A stretch of DNA of 64,000 bases from Raillietiella orientalis (lineage: Eukaryota): contig JAYWIR010000019.1 of assembly GCA_036172245.1 (NCBI GenBank), forward strand, positions 2,418,001-2,482,000, read 5' to 3'. The notes under the pieces are model-generated. The model was not told the DNA's origin, searched no databases, and saw only the letters and a program-made list of their open reading frames with translations. This document shows positions 62,601 to 64,000 of the stretch, in pieces (the stretch's first letter is position 1; the number at the start of each line of letters is the position of its first letter). The position numbers and the translations under genes are program-made.

Positions 62601-63489
62601 AATTACTCATGCCTACGAGAACACTTCGTATCCTGGCTGGTGCTAAGTGCACTGCTGTTTTCGTGGGGTTGTTAAAATAATAGGAGCGAATCAGATAATC
62701 ACGACGTTTAGTGACAGGCTCCTTTGTTTCCGATCTGGACACGGAGGGATGCAGGCTTTCTGGTTTCCCTTACCGAAACATCCCCCCCCCCCCACACTTC
62801 TCCGCTCGAATTAATTGACCCATATAATATCCTCTACATAAATGTTTGATTGCTTTTATGACTTTCTGACTTTAATTTCATTCGGATCGACAGACCCTAA
62901 CCACCGTCATTTATTCATTATCGGCGTGTTGTTGACTGAGCAGGAACTTCACCCTCCCCCCCATTTCTGATTCCCATCGACGCCGTGGTGATTTTTGTTG
63001 GGATGATGTGATGGACGTTCTTTGAATACTAAGGAAGACGAAAGCGTGCCTGCGCTTTTGTCATCGTTAATTGCAATGATGCTCTCGCTCCGCGGCCTGG
63101 TCCTTCCCAAGTTGTCAGTCGGGATAGAATGAGTAGTTGCACGATTACTTTGCTATCACTGTAATTAGGGGATGCATGGATGCGGCGGTCTCCGGCATAT
63201 CCATGGACCTCGTGCTTAAGAAAGTCTTCATGCGGGAGATTCGTAAGCGACGAGCTGTTTTCCGTGCTGAGAGCACGAATTATCTCATTAAGCGGGAAGA
63301 TGATTACAGGATTCATTAGAACGTAATAGCTTCAAGTATTTGCAATAGTAGTAGCTTTTTCATCTTTTTAGTTGTGGGCCGAAAACATGTCATGGAGCAG
63401 CCATGTTGGTGTTGGTACATGGAGATGGATTTATTTTTGGAAACTGAACCGCTTCTCCCGTCTCCTCGTTTTCCTTTCCCTAAGGGAGG

Positions 63490-63750
63490 ATCACGGAGAT
63501 CCAGGTCGAAATCGTAATGGACCCTGCAGCGCGGCAGGTCTTTCGCGGAGAGGGGAGCGAGTGTCACCGTGCCCCGGAGCTCGGGAGCTCCCTGTGGATT
63601 GTGGACAAGTAGATCGATCGACGGTACTGGCATGCGTCCGGGTTCTGGGGTTGGGCTGTGAGCGGCTGCGGGCAGCCTCGCGTGCCGCTGGGCCGTCCCT
63701 CCTCTTGTCTCGGGGACATGCACCCGTTGCCCGGACAACTCCCAAGTTTC
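63490..63750 (-). mobile_element. Possible AP-endonuclease C-terminal remnant of a LINE
   Basis: HSPT...PSIDLLV resembles the PT...SxIDL APE motifs. Confidence 0.3.
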
Positions 63751-64000
63751 CTATCCCGGAAGCTCTTCGGATCTGGTTCCTGGGAGGGGCCTCGACCCCG
63801 GAAGGAAATGTCCCAGTAGTCCGCTCTTCGATCGCGCGAACAATGCGCTCTTCACCGAATCTCACTCCTTGCAGCAACCCGGAAGCGAGGGATTCCACGG
63901 CAAAAAAATATCCCGGGAACGAAGGGAAGGAAGGGTGCGTCTTCTGTTATCGCTCCTCGCGCTCACCCCACTCCCCCAAGAGAACCTGCAGGCCGGCGCT

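Noticed and set aside
1..64000. CRISPR array, operons or a prokaryotic defence system
   Set aside because: No regularly spaced direct repeats and no dense, RBS-led gene organisation; the window is eukaryotic

Overview
This is eukaryotic DNA, most likely from an arthropod. It has spliceosomal GT-AG introns, an Inr/MTE-like core promoter, abundant poly(A/T) and dinucleotide microsatellites, and no operons or CRISPR arrays. Most of the ORF track is noise from GC-rich or low-complexity DNA. Three domains are visible. (1) About 1-17.2 kb is a GC-rich retroelement graveyard: a decayed minus-strand LINE, a tRNA-headed SINE-like element, a U1 snRNA-like 5' fragment and two head-to-tail L1/Tx1-like copies. 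(2) About 17.2-49 kb is a more AT-rich genic domain with one supportable multi-exon gene (CDS about 36583-45338). It encodes a ~258-aa single-pass membrane protein with a Cys/Pro-rich N-terminus and cytoplasmic Tyr motifs, has a putative promoter near 20.9 kb, and carries old piggyBac/RTE debris in its introns. (3) About 49-64 kb is a second nested retroelement field. The most notable items are a ~100-bp bacterial gatA fragment (alphaproteobacterial, Wolbachia-like by recall) in an AT-rich patch at 54.3 kb; an 887-bp poly(A)-tailed insertion of unknown, coding-like origin flanked by a perfect 14-bp TSD at 57.0-57.9 kb; a SINE family with an apparently doubled tRNA-like head that hosts nested insertions; and a 40-bp templated insertion. 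All protein-family assignments come from recognising motifs by eye and need database confirmation.
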